Positions 26,144 to 37,174 of a stretch of 56,472 nucleotides of DNA are shown here, piece after piece. The position numbers and the translations under genes were made by a program. Origin of the DNA: a virus (lineage: Duplodnaviria > Caudoviricetes); the IMG/VR virus record IMGVR_UViG_3300022309_000007, positions 1 through 56,472 of that record; one strand, written 5' to 3'. Below the pieces are notes generated by a model. The model worked only from the letters and a program-made list of their open reading frames with translations, searched no databases and had not been told where the DNA came from. Every line of letters starts with the position of its first letter. Positions within the stretch are counted from its first letter, which is position 1.

Positions 26144-28660
26144 GTGAGAACGGCTACAGTACAGTCATCCTTTCTTTCCGGGGTTCTCGATCCGAGAGCC
26201 GGAGGCCGGGTAGACGCGGACGCCTATAATTTCGGAATGTTGGTAGGCAACAACGTCATAGTGCACCACCTTGGCGGCGTTGTGCGCCGGCCCGGATTAA
26301 AATACCTGACGCAGCTCCCGAACGTTCTGGAACTGATCACGCCCAGTTCGGCTACGGCACCCAACGGGGGTACCGCTGCGAACGGCTACGACGAAGATTC
26401 GACGACGCTGGTAACCACCACAACCGATATCAACACGATCGACCCTTACGTGGTCATACGATACGACTTGGGCGCCGCCACGGCCGTATCGCATGTTGAT
26501 GTAAAAGACTTCGTTGCTACCGGCAGTTCAAGTACCGAGTTCCGAGTACAAGTATCTCAAGACGACGCGGTGTGGGTGGATTTCGGCGATCCTTTGCCGA
26601 TGGTTGATACTACGTCGAGAACGTATCGCAGAACTTCGTTTTCGGTGGAGGGCTCACCGTCGCCAACGACAGCTCGTTATTGGCGGCTGGTTAAAATAGG
26701 CGGAACGACAATGAGCACTAACACAGTGTCTTTGTCTGAGTTCAACTTATGGTCTGATACTGGTACGATTTCAGAAGTAAAGTTGCTGTCGTTTGAACTT
26801 ACCACCGAGACTCGGTACTTGGTAGCGATAACGGACCGGTCGGCAACTGTGTTCCTGAACGGCGTTGTTCCCGACAGCGGCACGTTTCCGGTCCCTTACG
26901 TCTCGGCGGACATTCCCGACATCGATGCGGTGGTCGGCGCGGACTCACTGTTTATTGTCCACGAGGATTACCCGCCTCGATACGTCGTAGACGAGTTTGC
27001 CGGAGAAGACTTACAAACTGGCGAAGTGGTGTTCGAGTCGCTTCCGCAGTACGATTACGGAGACGACCTGAGCCCGACACCTACTTCTGAGATTCAGGTC
27101 ATTACCTTCGATTCGAACTGGACACAAGGGGATACCTTCCAGCTCGAGCTGGACGGCGCCAGGACAGGATTGATATCTTACGCAGGGGATACCGGCGCGT
27201 TTGATCAGACCACCACGGCGAACAACATCGCACGAGAAGTGCAGAAGTTGTACACGGTGCCGGGGTTCACTGGCGTATCGTGCGCGCGTACCGCGGCTCG
27301 CGAATATACTGTCACATTCGCCGATGCCAGCGCGGATACCTACGAAGGTTTGATGACCGCTATTATAGGTACGGTAGTGTCTACTTCGGCCATATCGCCG
27401 ACTGTAACCCAGTCGCAGGCAGGCGTGCCGCGGTCTGAGGATGTGTGGAGCGCAGTTCGCGGGTACCCGCGGACAGTCACGTTTTTTGAAGGACGGTTCT
27501 ACTTCGGTGGGACGCGCAGTCGGCTCCAGTCTCTGTTCGGCAGCACGGTCAATGATCCGTTCACTTTCGAGCTGCTGGAGCAACTGGATGCGGACCCGAT
27601 CTTCATAACTCTGAACGGGCAGCAGTTGAACGCAATCAACGGGCTGTACTCAGGGCGGACGTTGCAACTGTTTACGTCAGGCGGCGAGTTTCGGTACTTC
27701 AAAGACAAAGGCAACGCGATTACGCCAGCCGATGCGCCTTTGGCACAGACGGAGTTCGGCGCCAAGAAGATAAGGCCGGTGGGTATTGACGGGGCCACCA
27801 TTTATGTTCAGCGGCTCGGCAAGTCTATCCGCGACTTCAAGTATAACTTCGAAGAAGATGCTTACGACTCGCTGGGGCTTTCCAGCCTTGCGCCTCATTT
27901 AATAAACGGCGTGGTTGACTTGGCTGCCTGGCAGGGTTCGTCAACGGACGAGATCAATCTGGTGTACGCGGTGAATGCCGATGGTACCGTTGCGGTATTG
28001 AATATTCGTAAAGAGGCAGAAGTCCGGGCGTGGACAAGCTGGTCTACGGCCGGGTTGTTCAAGGCGGTAGAAACTACAGTCGAAGAGGTTTATTTCGCGG
28101 TAAAGCGGACAATCAACGGTACGGATGTACTGTTTCTGGAACAGACCGACGCGGGTATGTACGTGGACGCCGGGGTGAACGTAAACGGTATGGTGACCGA
28201 TAATGTAGTTCATCTGAACGGAGAAGTATGTCGGGTGCGGCTGAACCCGCAGCATCTGGTGTTGCACGATCAGACTGGTGGTACGGTTACGCCTTCCGAA
28301 CCGGAGTATGCTGCTTCTGCTATCCAGGTGGGGCTAGATTTCAACCCGACAGTTACGCCGATGCCTTTGAACACCATGACTCCGACTGGCGCTAACTTCC
28401 TGAGCAAGCGGCGCATTGTCAAGATCAGGGCCAAGGTGAATAACACATTGGGGTTGCTGGTCAACGGTCGGGAGTTGCCTGATCGGTACTACGATATAGA
28501 CGACTTCGACGATGCAAACCCGACACCGTACAGTGGGAACCACCAGATTGAAGAGACGACCAACTGGGATGAACAAGAAGACAAAACTATTACATTTACA
28601 CAAGTTGATCCGCTGCCGATGAATATCTTGTCGATCGTAGTGGATATGGAGAGTACCTAA
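26144..28660 (+). CDS. Tail tubular protein B / nozzle (T7 gp12-like) with inserted discoidin (F5/8C-like) domain
   Basis: QSSFLSGVLDP, GGVVRRPG, GYPRTVTFFEGRFYFGG, LFTSGGE, C-terminal PLPMNILS. Confidence 0.88.
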   Translation: MRTATVQSSFLSGVLDPRAGGRVDADAYNFGMLVGNNVIVHHLGGVVRRPGLKYLTQLPNVLELITPSSATAPNGGTAANGYDEDSTTLVTTTTDINTIDPYVVIRYDLGAATAVSHVDVKDFVATGSSSTEFRVQVSQDDAVWVDFGDPLPMVDTTSRTYRRTSFSVEGSPSPTTARYWRLVKIGGTTMSTNTVSLSEFNLWSDTGTISEVKLLSFELTTETRYLVAITDRSATVFLNGVVPDSGTFPVPYVSADIPDIDAVVGADSLFIVHEDYPPRYVVDEFAGEDLQTGEVVFESLPQYDYGDDLSPTPTSEIQVITFDSNWTQGDTFQLELDGARTGLISYAGDTGAFDQTTTANNIAREVQKLYTVPGFTGVSCARTAAREYTVTFADASADTYEGLMTAIIGTVVSTSAISPTVTQSQAGVPRSEDVWSAVRGYPRTVTFFEGRFYFGGTRSRLQSLFGSTVNDPFTFELLEQLDADPIFITLNGQQLNAINGLYSGRTLQLFTSGGEFRYFKDKGNAITPADAPLAQTEFGAKKIRPVGIDGATIYVQRLGKSIRDFKYNFEEDAYDSLGLSSLAPHLINGVVDLAAWQGSSTDEINLVYAVNADGTVAVLNIRKEAEVRAWTSWSTAGLFKAVETTVEEVYFAVKRTINGTDVLFLEQTDAGMYVDAGVNVNGMVTDNVVHLNGEVCRVRLNPQHLVLHDQTGGTVTPSEPEYAASAIQVGLDFNPTVTPMPLNTMTPTGANFLSKRRIVKIRAKVNNTLGLLVNGRELPDRYYDIDDFDDANPTPYSGNHQIEETTNWDEQEDKTITFTQVDPLPMNILSIVVDMEST

Positions 28661-29151
28661 TGGCTGTCGCAGTTCCTATCGTAACGGCTATCGGCGGCGG
28701 TTCGCTGGGGGCTGGCATTGTTATCACGGCTGCGGCTGCTGCTTCGGCTGCTGCTGGCGTTGCTTCGGCCAGTGCTCAACGAGCGGCAGGTAGACATGCC
28801 GAAGCCCAATCCGTTATCGACGCAAACGCAGAAGGTGATGCGGCGCGCGAGCGGGAGATTCAGCGCAAGAAAGACCTGCTTCGAGCGATATCTTCGCAAC
28901 AGGCGGCTGCCGGGGCTACCGGAGTTGCCTTCAACCAAGGATCGCCAGCCGCGATTGCCAGGCTGGATATTGCTGAAGCTAATCGTGATCTCGCGATCGA
29001 CAGTTCTACTTCCAAGCAACGCCAGCGATCCTTGCGGGCGCAAGGCCGCGCTGCCCGGTTCGCCGGCAGGGCTCAATCGGCCGCGACGTTGCTGGATACC
29101 GTTGCTGGACTCGGTAAGACAATAGCGCCAGGTGTCGGAGCTATCTTTTAA
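28660..29151 (+). CDS. Small internal virion (ejection) protein, T7 gp14-like
   Basis: Ala/Gly-rich hydrophobic N-terminus, GATGV...GSP motif, position after nozzle. Confidence 0.75.
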   Translation: MAVAVPIVTAIGGGSLGAGIVITAAAAASAAAGVASASAQRAAGRHAEAQSVIDANAEGDAAREREIQRKKDLLRAISSQQAAAGATGVAFNQGSPAAIARLDIAEANRDLAIDSSTSKQRQRSLRAQGRAARFAGRAQSAATLLDTVAGLGKTIAPGVGAIF

Positions 29152-30755
29152 TGGCGACACGATACCGTGATTTGCAACGACCGACGCTGATTGACGTAGC
29201 GGCCCGGTCCACGTCGTCCGGCGCTTCGGAGGCTGCGAGCGCGCTGGCTAATTCGCTGGCGTCTTTCTCCCGTACCGGGTTCAATACGCTGGCGCCGATC
29301 GTTGAGCGGAACCTGATCAAGAGCGGGGCTGAGGCTGGCGCTGCCACGACGGGTACGCCCGAGTTCAAGTCTACCTTGACGGCCTACGGGCGTGCCTACA
29401 ACAATGCAGCACTCAGGAGTTATGCTATCCGCTCCGAGATCGATCTGGACGAGAACGCGGCCCGTGTGGAGGCTCAGGCCGGAACAAACCCCGAGGCGTT
29501 CCGTGCGGCGATGGAAGAGATGCAGAAAGGCGTAATCTCGGAAGCGCCACCGGAGGCCCAAGGTATCCTGAAGGATATGTACAACCAGCGGACTGGCGAC
29601 GGACTCGCCCGTATTCAGACCGCTTTGGCCAACGAGCTGCGCGCAGAGGATCAGAAGCTGGTAGAGGAACAGATCAGCCGCCTGACCGACAAAGTAGCCT
29701 TCCTGCGATCTCAGGACACGCCTGAAGCCCACGCACAGTCGGTCGAGGAAGAGGCTAAGTTGTTCATTTTGCTGGACGCTGCGGTCAATGACGGCACTAT
29801 CTCGGCCGCACAGGGCCGTATGGCGCGCCATGCAGCCGAGCAGGGGATCATAGCCGAGACGGTTATGGCTCGTTTCAAGAACGAGCTGGAGGACCCTTAT
29901 GGCGACCCCATCCGATTTATTCAGGACCTGAAGGAAGTCAACCGAACCGCAGAGTCCCTGTCGCCGGAAGAAGAAGCCAAGCTGGAGAATTCTCTGCTGG
30001 CCGAGCTACGGGACCGGAATGCGCTGGAGAGCGCCAGGCGGTCACAGATGGCGGCTGAAGCACAAGCTCGCTACGACGCCGGCGATCGAGAGGCTACCAC
30101 GGCCATGTTGGCCGGCGAGTTGACCCAGCGCGGGCTTCTGGACCGTATCCGGAACGACAGCATCAGCCCGGCTATCGCCCGGACGTTGCTGAACGAGATT
30201 CAGTCATCGACTGCCGCACCCAAGTCGGACCCAGAGACCTTGTTCAACGTCAGTACCAACGTGCTGGATTACAGCGAACTAGATCTGGCTACCATGCAGA
30301 AATTGACATGGGAAGACCGCGGCAAGATGATTGAGAAACGCCGGGACGAGATAAATAGCTGGAAGAGTACGCAGAATGCCAAAGAGGCATTTGGGCGTAT
30401 CGATCGTGCCCTCGGATTGGTTCCAGGCGTAATGAACCAACTATTATCAGACTCGGAACGGCGCGCCCGTGACACGGCCCGAACGCAGCTATTCGATCAG
30501 ATCGATGCACTCCCGCCGAAAGAACGGGATGCGGCTGTTATCCCTGCTTCTCGCGAAGTCATACGGACTGTTATCAGTACCAACGCCGGTATAAAAGCAG
30601 ACAAGGCCCGAGAGCAGTTACGTCTGTTGGACGAGGGCGTGGATAAGCTGGGCGGCGTTGATGAATTATCGGATCGCAATCGGAAGATTTACGAAACCGA
30701 TCGGGCGCGGCTGGAAAATACTATCCGCGAACTAGAACAGAAGAGTGCTAACTAA
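29151..30755 (+). CDS. Internal virion (ejection) protein
   Basis: Helical, Cys-free 534 aa; T.YGRAYN motif; position. Confidence 0.7.
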   Translation: MATRYRDLQRPTLIDVAARSTSSGASEAASALANSLASFSRTGFNTLAPIVERNLIKSGAEAGAATTGTPEFKSTLTAYGRAYNNAALRSYAIRSEIDLDENAARVEAQAGTNPEAFRAAMEEMQKGVISEAPPEAQGILKDMYNQRTGDGLARIQTALANELRAEDQKLVEEQISRLTDKVAFLRSQDTPEAHAQSVEEEAKLFILLDAAVNDGTISAAQGRMARHAAEQGIIAETVMARFKNELEDPYGDPIRFIQDLKEVNRTAESLSPEEEAKLENSLLAELRDRNALESARRSQMAAEAQARYDAGDREATTAMLAGELTQRGLLDRIRNDSISPAIARTLLNEIQSSTAAPKSDPETLFNVSTNVLDYSELDLATMQKLTWEDRGKMIEKRRDEINSWKSTQNAKEAFGRIDRALGLVPGVMNQLLSDSERRARDTARTQLFDQIDALPPKERDAAVIPASREVIRTVISTNAGIKADKAREQLRLLDEGVDKLGGVDELSDRNRKIYETDRARLENTIRELEQKSAN

Positions 30756-32482
30756 TGCCTGCTGAAATCTCAGATACCTACGCTGCCGATACGCTGGCCC
30801 GGATGCATGATAACACCGAGGAAGCGGATTCGAAGGCGTTTGCCAAAGATGCTGGCTTCGTCAACTCCAGCGGGTTTGGTGGCGGCGGCAACAAGTTAGG
30901 AGCCGGGCTTTTGTCCGGCTGGGGGTTCACCAAGAAGTTGCCGCGTAATATCGGCATGGGCATTTTTCGTGCGGCACTCGAGACGACCGAGACGATCGAC
31001 GATGTGATGGCTGCGGCACCGGACGTAATGCAGTCCGATCTGTTGGGCGACGCACTGGAACCTGGCGGCCCCGGACCGTCAGCGAATGCGACGGCCAAGC
31101 CGCCCAAGTTACCGCCAGTTGAAAAGGTGGAGCCGCTGCGTACCATGTTCCCCGGCGTTTTCGAAGCCGCGCATTCGTTTGCGGATGAAGTGGAGGCGAA
31201 CAACACGACTTCAGACAACCTTGTGCAAGGTATAACGCAGTTCACTATTCCGTTCATTGGGTATCTGAAAGCGTTCGGTGGGCTGAAGCAGGGCCAGAAA
31301 CTATTCAATGCAGCCAAGGCGCTGGGTGCTGAAGGCGTAACGGCTGCGTCAGCATTCGATCCGCACGACGGTAGACTTGGCGATTTGCTGGACATGGGTC
31401 GGCATATGGAGAATCGATTCGGCGAGCTGTTGAACAAAGCGTCGCCCGACGGTTCGTTGGCTAACGCCTACATAGATTACATAGCCAATCGTGATAATGA
31501 AGGCGAGTGGGAAGGCCGATGGAAAAACGCTGTTGATAGCTGGACAGGCACTGCGGCGGTTTACGGGCTGTTGAAAGCTGTTCCTGTTTCATTGAAGATA
31601 GCCAGAGCGGGAATTGAAGATTTCGGTAAAGGCCCGTTGCCCGGAACCAGGCGCGGCCAGCGGGGAATGGTGGCGTTTCACGGATCGCCACACGTATTCG
31701 ATAAATTCGATTTGGCTGCGCTCGGAACTGGAGAGGGTAATCAAGCATATGCACACGGGTTTTATTTTGCTGAGAACAAAGGTGTAGCTCAAGGGTATCA
31801 CCACAAACTAGCTGGCGGTAAGTTTACGTTTCCTGATAGCCCGAAAGCTTTTAGCGTGGGTGAGCTTGCTTTCAGTGATAAAACCAATGGTATTTTAGCC
31901 GCAAAAAAAGTAGCCGATCTTTTGACTTTATATAACGGTGATGTTAACAAGGCATTAAATAAGATAAAAGGGAGTATTTTTAGTGGGGATAAAAGTACAG
32001 ATAAGGCGTTTGTTTTTCTTAATAAGTACAAGGATAAACAAGTCAAGTTAACTGCTACTAGTGGTGCATTGTACGAAGTTGATATCCCCGATAAGCAAGT
32101 AGCGAAAATGCTTGATTGGGATAAACCTATAGAGAAGCAGCCAAGTGTTCTTAAAGCAATTCCCGACGACATGAAAGAAAAAATTCAGTATGAATTGGAT
32201 CATTATGACTTGGGGGATATTCGCGATGTCGATGGAAAAACGATACATAGAGCATTAGAAAGAATTGCCAGCGAAGAGCCGCTTCCCGGTGTTCCTTATT
32301 CGGATAACCTAAAGCAGCAAGTAGCGCAATACTTGGAATCGTTGGGCGTGCCGGGCGTTACGTTCCTGGACGGGGTTTCTCGCAAAGCCGGGGAAGGTAC
32401 GAAAAACATTGTTGTATTCAATCCGGACAAGACGATCAAACAAGTAAAACGTAACGGTGTAGTTACGTCGAAAAAGGATTAA
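30755..32482 (+). CDS. Internal virion protein with C-terminal ADP-ribosyltransferase-like (polyvalent-type) domain
   Basis: FHGSPHVFDKFD...GTGEGNQAYAHGFYFAE...LYEVDI...GVPGV...NIVVF. Confidence 0.7.
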   Translation: MPAEISDTYAADTLARMHDNTEEADSKAFAKDAGFVNSSGFGGGGNKLGAGLLSGWGFTKKLPRNIGMGIFRAALETTETIDDVMAAAPDVMQSDLLGDALEPGGPGPSANATAKPPKLPPVEKVEPLRTMFPGVFEAAHSFADEVEANNTTSDNLVQGITQFTIPFIGYLKAFGGLKQGQKLFNAAKALGAEGVTAASAFDPHDGRLGDLLDMGRHMENRFGELLNKASPDGSLANAYIDYIANRDNEGEWEGRWKNAVDSWTGTAAVYGLLKAVPVSLKIARAGIEDFGKGPLPGTRRGQRGMVAFHGSPHVFDKFDLAALGTGEGNQAYAHGFYFAENKGVAQGYHHKLAGGKFTFPDSPKAFSVGELAFSDKTNGILAAKKVADLLTLYNGDVNKALNKIKGSIFSGDKSTDKAFVFLNKYKDKQVKLTATSGALYEVDIPDKQVAKMLDWDKPIEKQPSVLKAIPDDMKEKIQYELDHYDLGDIRDVDGKTIHRALERIASEEPLPGVPYSDNLKQQVAQYLESLGVPGVTFLDGVSRKAGEGTKNIVVFNPDKTIKQVKRNGVVTSKKD

Positions 32483-32485
32483 CCA

Positions 32486-35230
32486 GTGCCAGATTTCGGT
32501 ATAGCAAAAGGCTTGGAGAAGGGACTGCTTAAAGGTACCAAGAAAGGTGCCAAAGAAGCGGTTGTCAAACGTCCGGGCCAGATCGCAGTTGAAGAAGCTG
32601 CGAAAAAAGAAATGGCACCGAAGATACCGGTGGAGCCGACTGTGCAAGCAGAAGTTCCGCCCGTAAAAGCAACTCCGGAAATCACGCCAGCCGAAAAGGT
32701 AATGACGCCGAAAGAACAGATTGTAGAGAATCTGGACGTTGCTGCTGAAGCCGAAAGACTATCGAAAGTGGAGCTGAAAGACTACGCGCTGGACGAGACC
32801 TTCCAGACCAACTTCGACACTATCAACACGACCGACGGGATCAAGGCAACGATCGCCGATGTCGCCCAGCAGAACGCCGGCAAGATCGATGAAGCGCGGC
32901 GCGGGGTCATTACCAATCAGCAGCTTCAGGGATTAGCCGACGATCTCGATCTGAATACCGACGTGATCAAACAGGTCATAGAGCGTGAGAACGGCGGCAT
33001 CCTGAACGCCGAGACGATTCTGGCTGCTCGTCAGGTATTGAACTCGAGCGCCGAGCGGATACATACGCTGGCGACCAACATCACGAAGGGTACGGCGACG
33101 GACCTGGACCGGTTGAAGTTCCGCCGTCAGCTCCAGTGGCATCGTGAGTACCAGACGCAGTTCATGGGTGCCCGTGCGGAAGCCGGTCGTGCCTTGAACG
33201 CCTTCAACATTCCGACCGAAGCGAACGTGGACTGGAGCCGCATTCGCGAAATGGTGGATGCAGCGGATGGCCATAGCACCGATCGGGTAGCTTCCGCCAT
33301 AGCACTAATGGACAACACAGCGGCCATTTCCAAAGCCTCGCGGAAGTACACTCAGTCCAAACTTATGGGTACGTTGAACGAGCTGTTCATCAACTCGATT
33401 CTGTCCGGTCCGAAGACGCACCTGACCAACACAGCAGGAAACATTATGATGCAAGCGATGGGCATTGCCGAAACGGCGGTGGCTGCGCGCATCGGGCGGT
33501 TCCTGGGTGCCGAAGAGCGGATGCTGGTGGGCGAGGCATCCGCGCTGGCGCACGGCACGATCTCGGCGTGGAAGGACGGCTTTCGCATGTTCGCCAAGAC
33601 CATGAAGACTGGCATCGCGCTGGACGACGTGGTGAAATTCGAGGGCACGCGCCGGCGCTCTATCTCGGCCGAGCATCTACTGTCGCCGGAACAACGCGCA
33701 ACGCCATTGGGCCGGTTTGCTGAAGCGTTGCTGGACGGCCCGAATTGGCGTATACCGATTGGAAAAAAGGGTATACCTATTCCTGGTATCGGACAGATCG
33801 TACGTGCACCGACCGAACGGCTTATGCTGCCGACCGACGAAATGTTCAAGACGCTGGCTTACCGCGGCGAGATAGAACGTCAAGCATTCCTGCACGTTTA
33901 TGACCAAGTAGCCACCGGCGTCGCAACCAAAAAGGAAGCGGCGAGGATTGCTCGGGAGTTCATGGAGGACCCGACTAAAGAAGCAATCAAGGCAGCCGAA
34001 GACTATACTCGCTACGTTACCTTCCAGAACCAACTTGGCGAAGTAGGCCAGAAGGCGCAACTCTTCTTGCGGTCTGCGCCCGTGTTGTCCCTTCTCGCGC
34101 CGTTCATTCGCACCCCGGTCAATATCTTCACGGCCGGTATTCTGGATCGCTCTCCGGTGGCTCTGATCCGCCCGAAGTTCTGGGCGGCCATGAAAGCCGG
34201 CGGCCGGGAGCGTGACATGATGCTGGCTCGCATGACGATGGGCTCGGCAACCGCTGCTGTTGTGGCCAGCTACGCGATGGATGGCACAATCACCGGAGCC
34301 GGTCCGAGCAATCCGGATGCGCGGGCATTGCTCGAGCTGTCCGACTGGCAGCCGTATTCGATCAAGGTCGGCGACAAGTACCACTCGTATGCGCGCATGG
34401 AGCCGCTGGCCTTTGTCATCGGTGCGACTGCGGATGCAGTTGAAATCTTGTCTTACATCAATAGCGATGTAGATGGGTTGGATGACGAGCTTCAGCAGAC
34501 CAACAACGCAGTATCCGCCATCATTATCGGTATCGCAAACAACACCATGTCCAAGACCTATGTCAAGGGTATCGCCGATTTTACAGAGATGCTATCCGAT
34601 CCGCAGCGTTATTTCGCTGGCTGGTCGCGTAACTTTGCGACTGCGTTCGTGCCGTTCTCGGCTTTGCGCTCACAGCTCGGCCAGATAGATGATCCGTACA
34701 TGCGAGAAGCGTGGACGACACTGGACGCTATCCGTAACAAGTCCGGCATCCTCGGTTTGTCGGAAGAGTCGCCACCGCGCCGCGACGTGTTCGGTGAGCC
34801 GCGTAGAGTGTACGCCGGTTCGTTGCTCGGTCCGATGTCACCTATTCCCGATCGTGAAATAAGCAACGATCCGGTTGTTGACGAACTGGTGACGTTGATG
34901 GAGCAAACACGCGACGTGCCGGTTACCATGCCGAGCAAGCGGATTGAGGGGATGCGGCTTGACATGGAAGAATACGATGCGTTGATACGCATTGCCAGAA
35001 CGCGAGCAGCGCCTAACGGCATGACTTTCAAGGAAGCGTTAAGAGACTTGTTTAACCAGCCTGGCTATGCTTTGGCAACGCCCGACATGCGGGTCGAGCT
35101 AGTGAAGAACATCCAGCACAAGTATGACGCAATTGCCAGATTAACCTTGGAAGCGGAAGACCCGCGGTTCGCCGCACGACTCAACACCTACCGTCAGAAG
35201 CGTAATGAGCTTCGATTTGGAGCGCAATAA
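32486..35230 (+). CDS. Large internal virion (ejection) protein
   Basis: 914 aa helical; NSILSGPKTH, PFIRTPVNI, WQPYSI, SYARMEP, RRDVFGEP motifs. Confidence 0.78.
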   Translation: MPDFGIAKGLEKGLLKGTKKGAKEAVVKRPGQIAVEEAAKKEMAPKIPVEPTVQAEVPPVKATPEITPAEKVMTPKEQIVENLDVAAEAERLSKVELKDYALDETFQTNFDTINTTDGIKATIADVAQQNAGKIDEARRGVITNQQLQGLADDLDLNTDVIKQVIERENGGILNAETILAARQVLNSSAERIHTLATNITKGTATDLDRLKFRRQLQWHREYQTQFMGARAEAGRALNAFNIPTEANVDWSRIREMVDAADGHSTDRVASAIALMDNTAAISKASRKYTQSKLMGTLNELFINSILSGPKTHLTNTAGNIMMQAMGIAETAVAARIGRFLGAEERMLVGEASALAHGTISAWKDGFRMFAKTMKTGIALDDVVKFEGTRRRSISAEHLLSPEQRATPLGRFAEALLDGPNWRIPIGKKGIPIPGIGQIVRAPTERLMLPTDEMFKTLAYRGEIERQAFLHVYDQVATGVATKKEAARIAREFMEDPTKEAIKAAEDYTRYVTFQNQLGEVGQKAQLFLRSAPVLSLLAPFIRTPVNIFTAGILDRSPVALIRPKFWAAMKAGGRERDMMLARMTMGSATAAVVASYAMDGTITGAGPSNPDARALLELSDWQPYSIKVGDKYHSYARMEPLAFVIGATADAVEILSYINSDVDGLDDELQQTNNAVSAIIIGIANNTMSKTYVKGIADFTEMLSDPQRYFAGWSRNFATAFVPFSALRSQLGQIDDPYMREAWTTLDAIRNKSGILGLSEESPPRRDVFGEPRRVYAGSLLGPMSPIPDREISNDPVVDELVTLMEQTRDVPVTMPSKRIEGMRLDMEEYDALIRIARTRAAPNGMTFKEALRDLFNQPGYALATPDMRVELVKNIQHKYDAIARLTLEAEDPRFAARLNTYRQKRNELRFGAQ

Positions 35231-37174
35231 GTGACAAGCATAGACGACGTACAGGACCTGTCTCCGCGTGATCAGTACGTGGCGGCGTCCATGCAGACGG
35301 CGTTCGATTACACGTTCCCGATCTTCCTGGACGAAGACCTTGTAGTCGACATCGACGGCGAGGTTCAGGTCCTGACCACCGACTACACGGTTACTGGTAA
35401 GGGGAACGACACCGGCGGCACTGTGACCTTGATCCGGGCCATCGGTGACGAGCTGGTGGGCGGCGAGATCGTCACCATCTACCGCGACATCGCTATCGCG
35501 CGCGATACGGATGTGCAGCAGAACGGGCCGTGGTCCAGCGTCAACTACAATGACGAGATGGACAAAGTGTTCCTGATCATGCAGGAGCTGAAGAATAAAG
35601 TCGGGCGCGCGATCCGCTTCCCAATCACTTCGGCATCCACCAATGCCCAGGCCGAGATGAATCCGATCTCCGGGTTCTTCGGGAAGTTCTTGCGTATCAC
35701 GTCTGCCGGCATTCTTGAAGCGGCTACCGCTTTGGATAACGTTGTCGCTTTAAGCGCAGAAGTTATCGGTGAGCTGTTGAACCCCCAAACTGTGGGAGAG
35801 CTTGCGGCTTCCATAACTCCAGTAGCCTATAGATATGAAGCGGGCGTGGTTGACCGTTACGGAAATAACGGAACCCCCGGCACTACCGATATGACAAGCG
35901 CCGTTCAAGCTGCTTTCGATTCTGGGCACGGGGTCAAGTACCTTTCCGGGTACACATATTTACAAAGAGGCGAAGTCACTGTTACGGCTTCTAACATAAA
36001 AGTCGAAGCATACGGAGCTACAATTATCGGCCATACTGATAATGCTGCCAATCCGATGTTCGATTTTGTCCGCAATTCCGGTTCAACCAGCATCAAAAAC
36101 GTTCATTGGTACGGCGGATCAATAGACCCACAAGGTGCGCTCGGCTGGATCAGGATGCGTAACTGCCTGTATTGCAGTGTAGAAGACTTCATATGCGAGA
36201 CGACGGTAGCGGTTGCCAACAGCTTCGGCATTCATTACATCAACGGTTTCAACTTCTACGTCAAGAAGTTCAATATGCACGGCTCGCAGGGCATTACCGG
36301 GCTTGGTAATGCCGGACTTGCCAGCGGCATTAAGATTGAATCTGACGGTGGCAATGGTTTTACCGTCATCAACAACATATCCATTTCGGATGGTATCGTG
36401 CAACGTTGCGATAAAGACATCGACTTGGTGTTTGCAACCGCAAGTTCTGGCGTTCACTTAGAAAACGTAGCGTTGCTGGATACACAATCCGCGCCACTTG
36501 GAACCAACGGCATTTACCTGACCGGTGTTTTGGACAACCTGAGCATCGTCAATTGCAAATCAGAATACCTTCCGACTTGCGTTAATGTTGATAACGGCAC
36601 CAACCCTGACAGAGCCAAGATCACAGTCGCAGACTTCCGCTTTACTATGAAAGCTGGCCAATATGCCTTCAATATAGAAGGATCGACAGTGACCTTGGTG
36701 CTGACGAACATAGACGCTTTCTCAACCGGGGCCAGTGCTGCGTGGTTTAATAACCATCAAGGCAAAACGGTTTGTACTAATATCCCGGTAGGAATTTCCA
36801 ATATAACCGCATGGGATGGAACCGACGGGGCGTTTTACAATCACGAGCAAGAAATTATTCCAAAGACAAGTGCTTTTTCAATAAAAAGAATACAAGAAAA
36901 TGTTATCTGGACGAATGCTGGGGCGGGCGCTGCGGCTACTTTTACTTTGCCCATTGCTGCCGCTCAGGAGAACTTCCGAGCTACCTTCCGGGTAATGGCA
37001 GCGCAAGCTTTGCGCGTAGACCCGGATGGAACGGATCAGATTATAGGGTTAACCGATGCTGGGGGTGACCGCATTAGCAGTTCTACTATAGGCGATACAA
37101 TCGCACTGGTAAGTGACGGCGTAACTAGCTGGTTTGTGGATAAATCATACGGCACTTGGGCGGACATAAATTAA
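35231..37174 (+). CDS. Tailspike / tail fibre 1 (T7 gp17-like N-terminus plus beta-helix)
   Basis: FDYTFPIF...DYTV...VTIYRD...DKVFLIMQE anchor; DMTSAVQAAFD cap; beta-helix repeats. Confidence 0.88.
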   Translation: MTSIDDVQDLSPRDQYVAASMQTAFDYTFPIFLDEDLVVDIDGEVQVLTTDYTVTGKGNDTGGTVTLIRAIGDELVGGEIVTIYRDIAIARDTDVQQNGPWSSVNYNDEMDKVFLIMQELKNKVGRAIRFPITSASTNAQAEMNPISGFFGKFLRITSAGILEAATALDNVVALSAEVIGELLNPQTVGELAASITPVAYRYEAGVVDRYGNNGTPGTTDMTSAVQAAFDSGHGVKYLSGYTYLQRGEVTVTASNIKVEAYGATIIGHTDNAANPMFDFVRNSGSTSIKNVHWYGGSIDPQGALGWIRMRNCLYCSVEDFICETTVAVANSFGIHYINGFNFYVKKFNMHGSQGITGLGNAGLASGIKIESDGGNGFTVINNISISDGIVQRCDKDIDLVFATASSGVHLENVALLDTQSAPLGTNGIYLTGVLDNLSIVNCKSEYLPTCVNVDNGTNPDRAKITVADFRFTMKAGQYAFNIEGSTVTLVLTNIDAFSTGASAAWFNNHQGKTVCTNIPVGISNITAWDGTDGAFYNHEQEIIPKTSAFSIKRIQENVIWTNAGAGAAATFTLPIAAAQENFRATFRVMAAQALRVDPDGTDQIIGLTDAGGDRISSSTIGDTIALVSDGVTSWFVDKSYGTWADIN

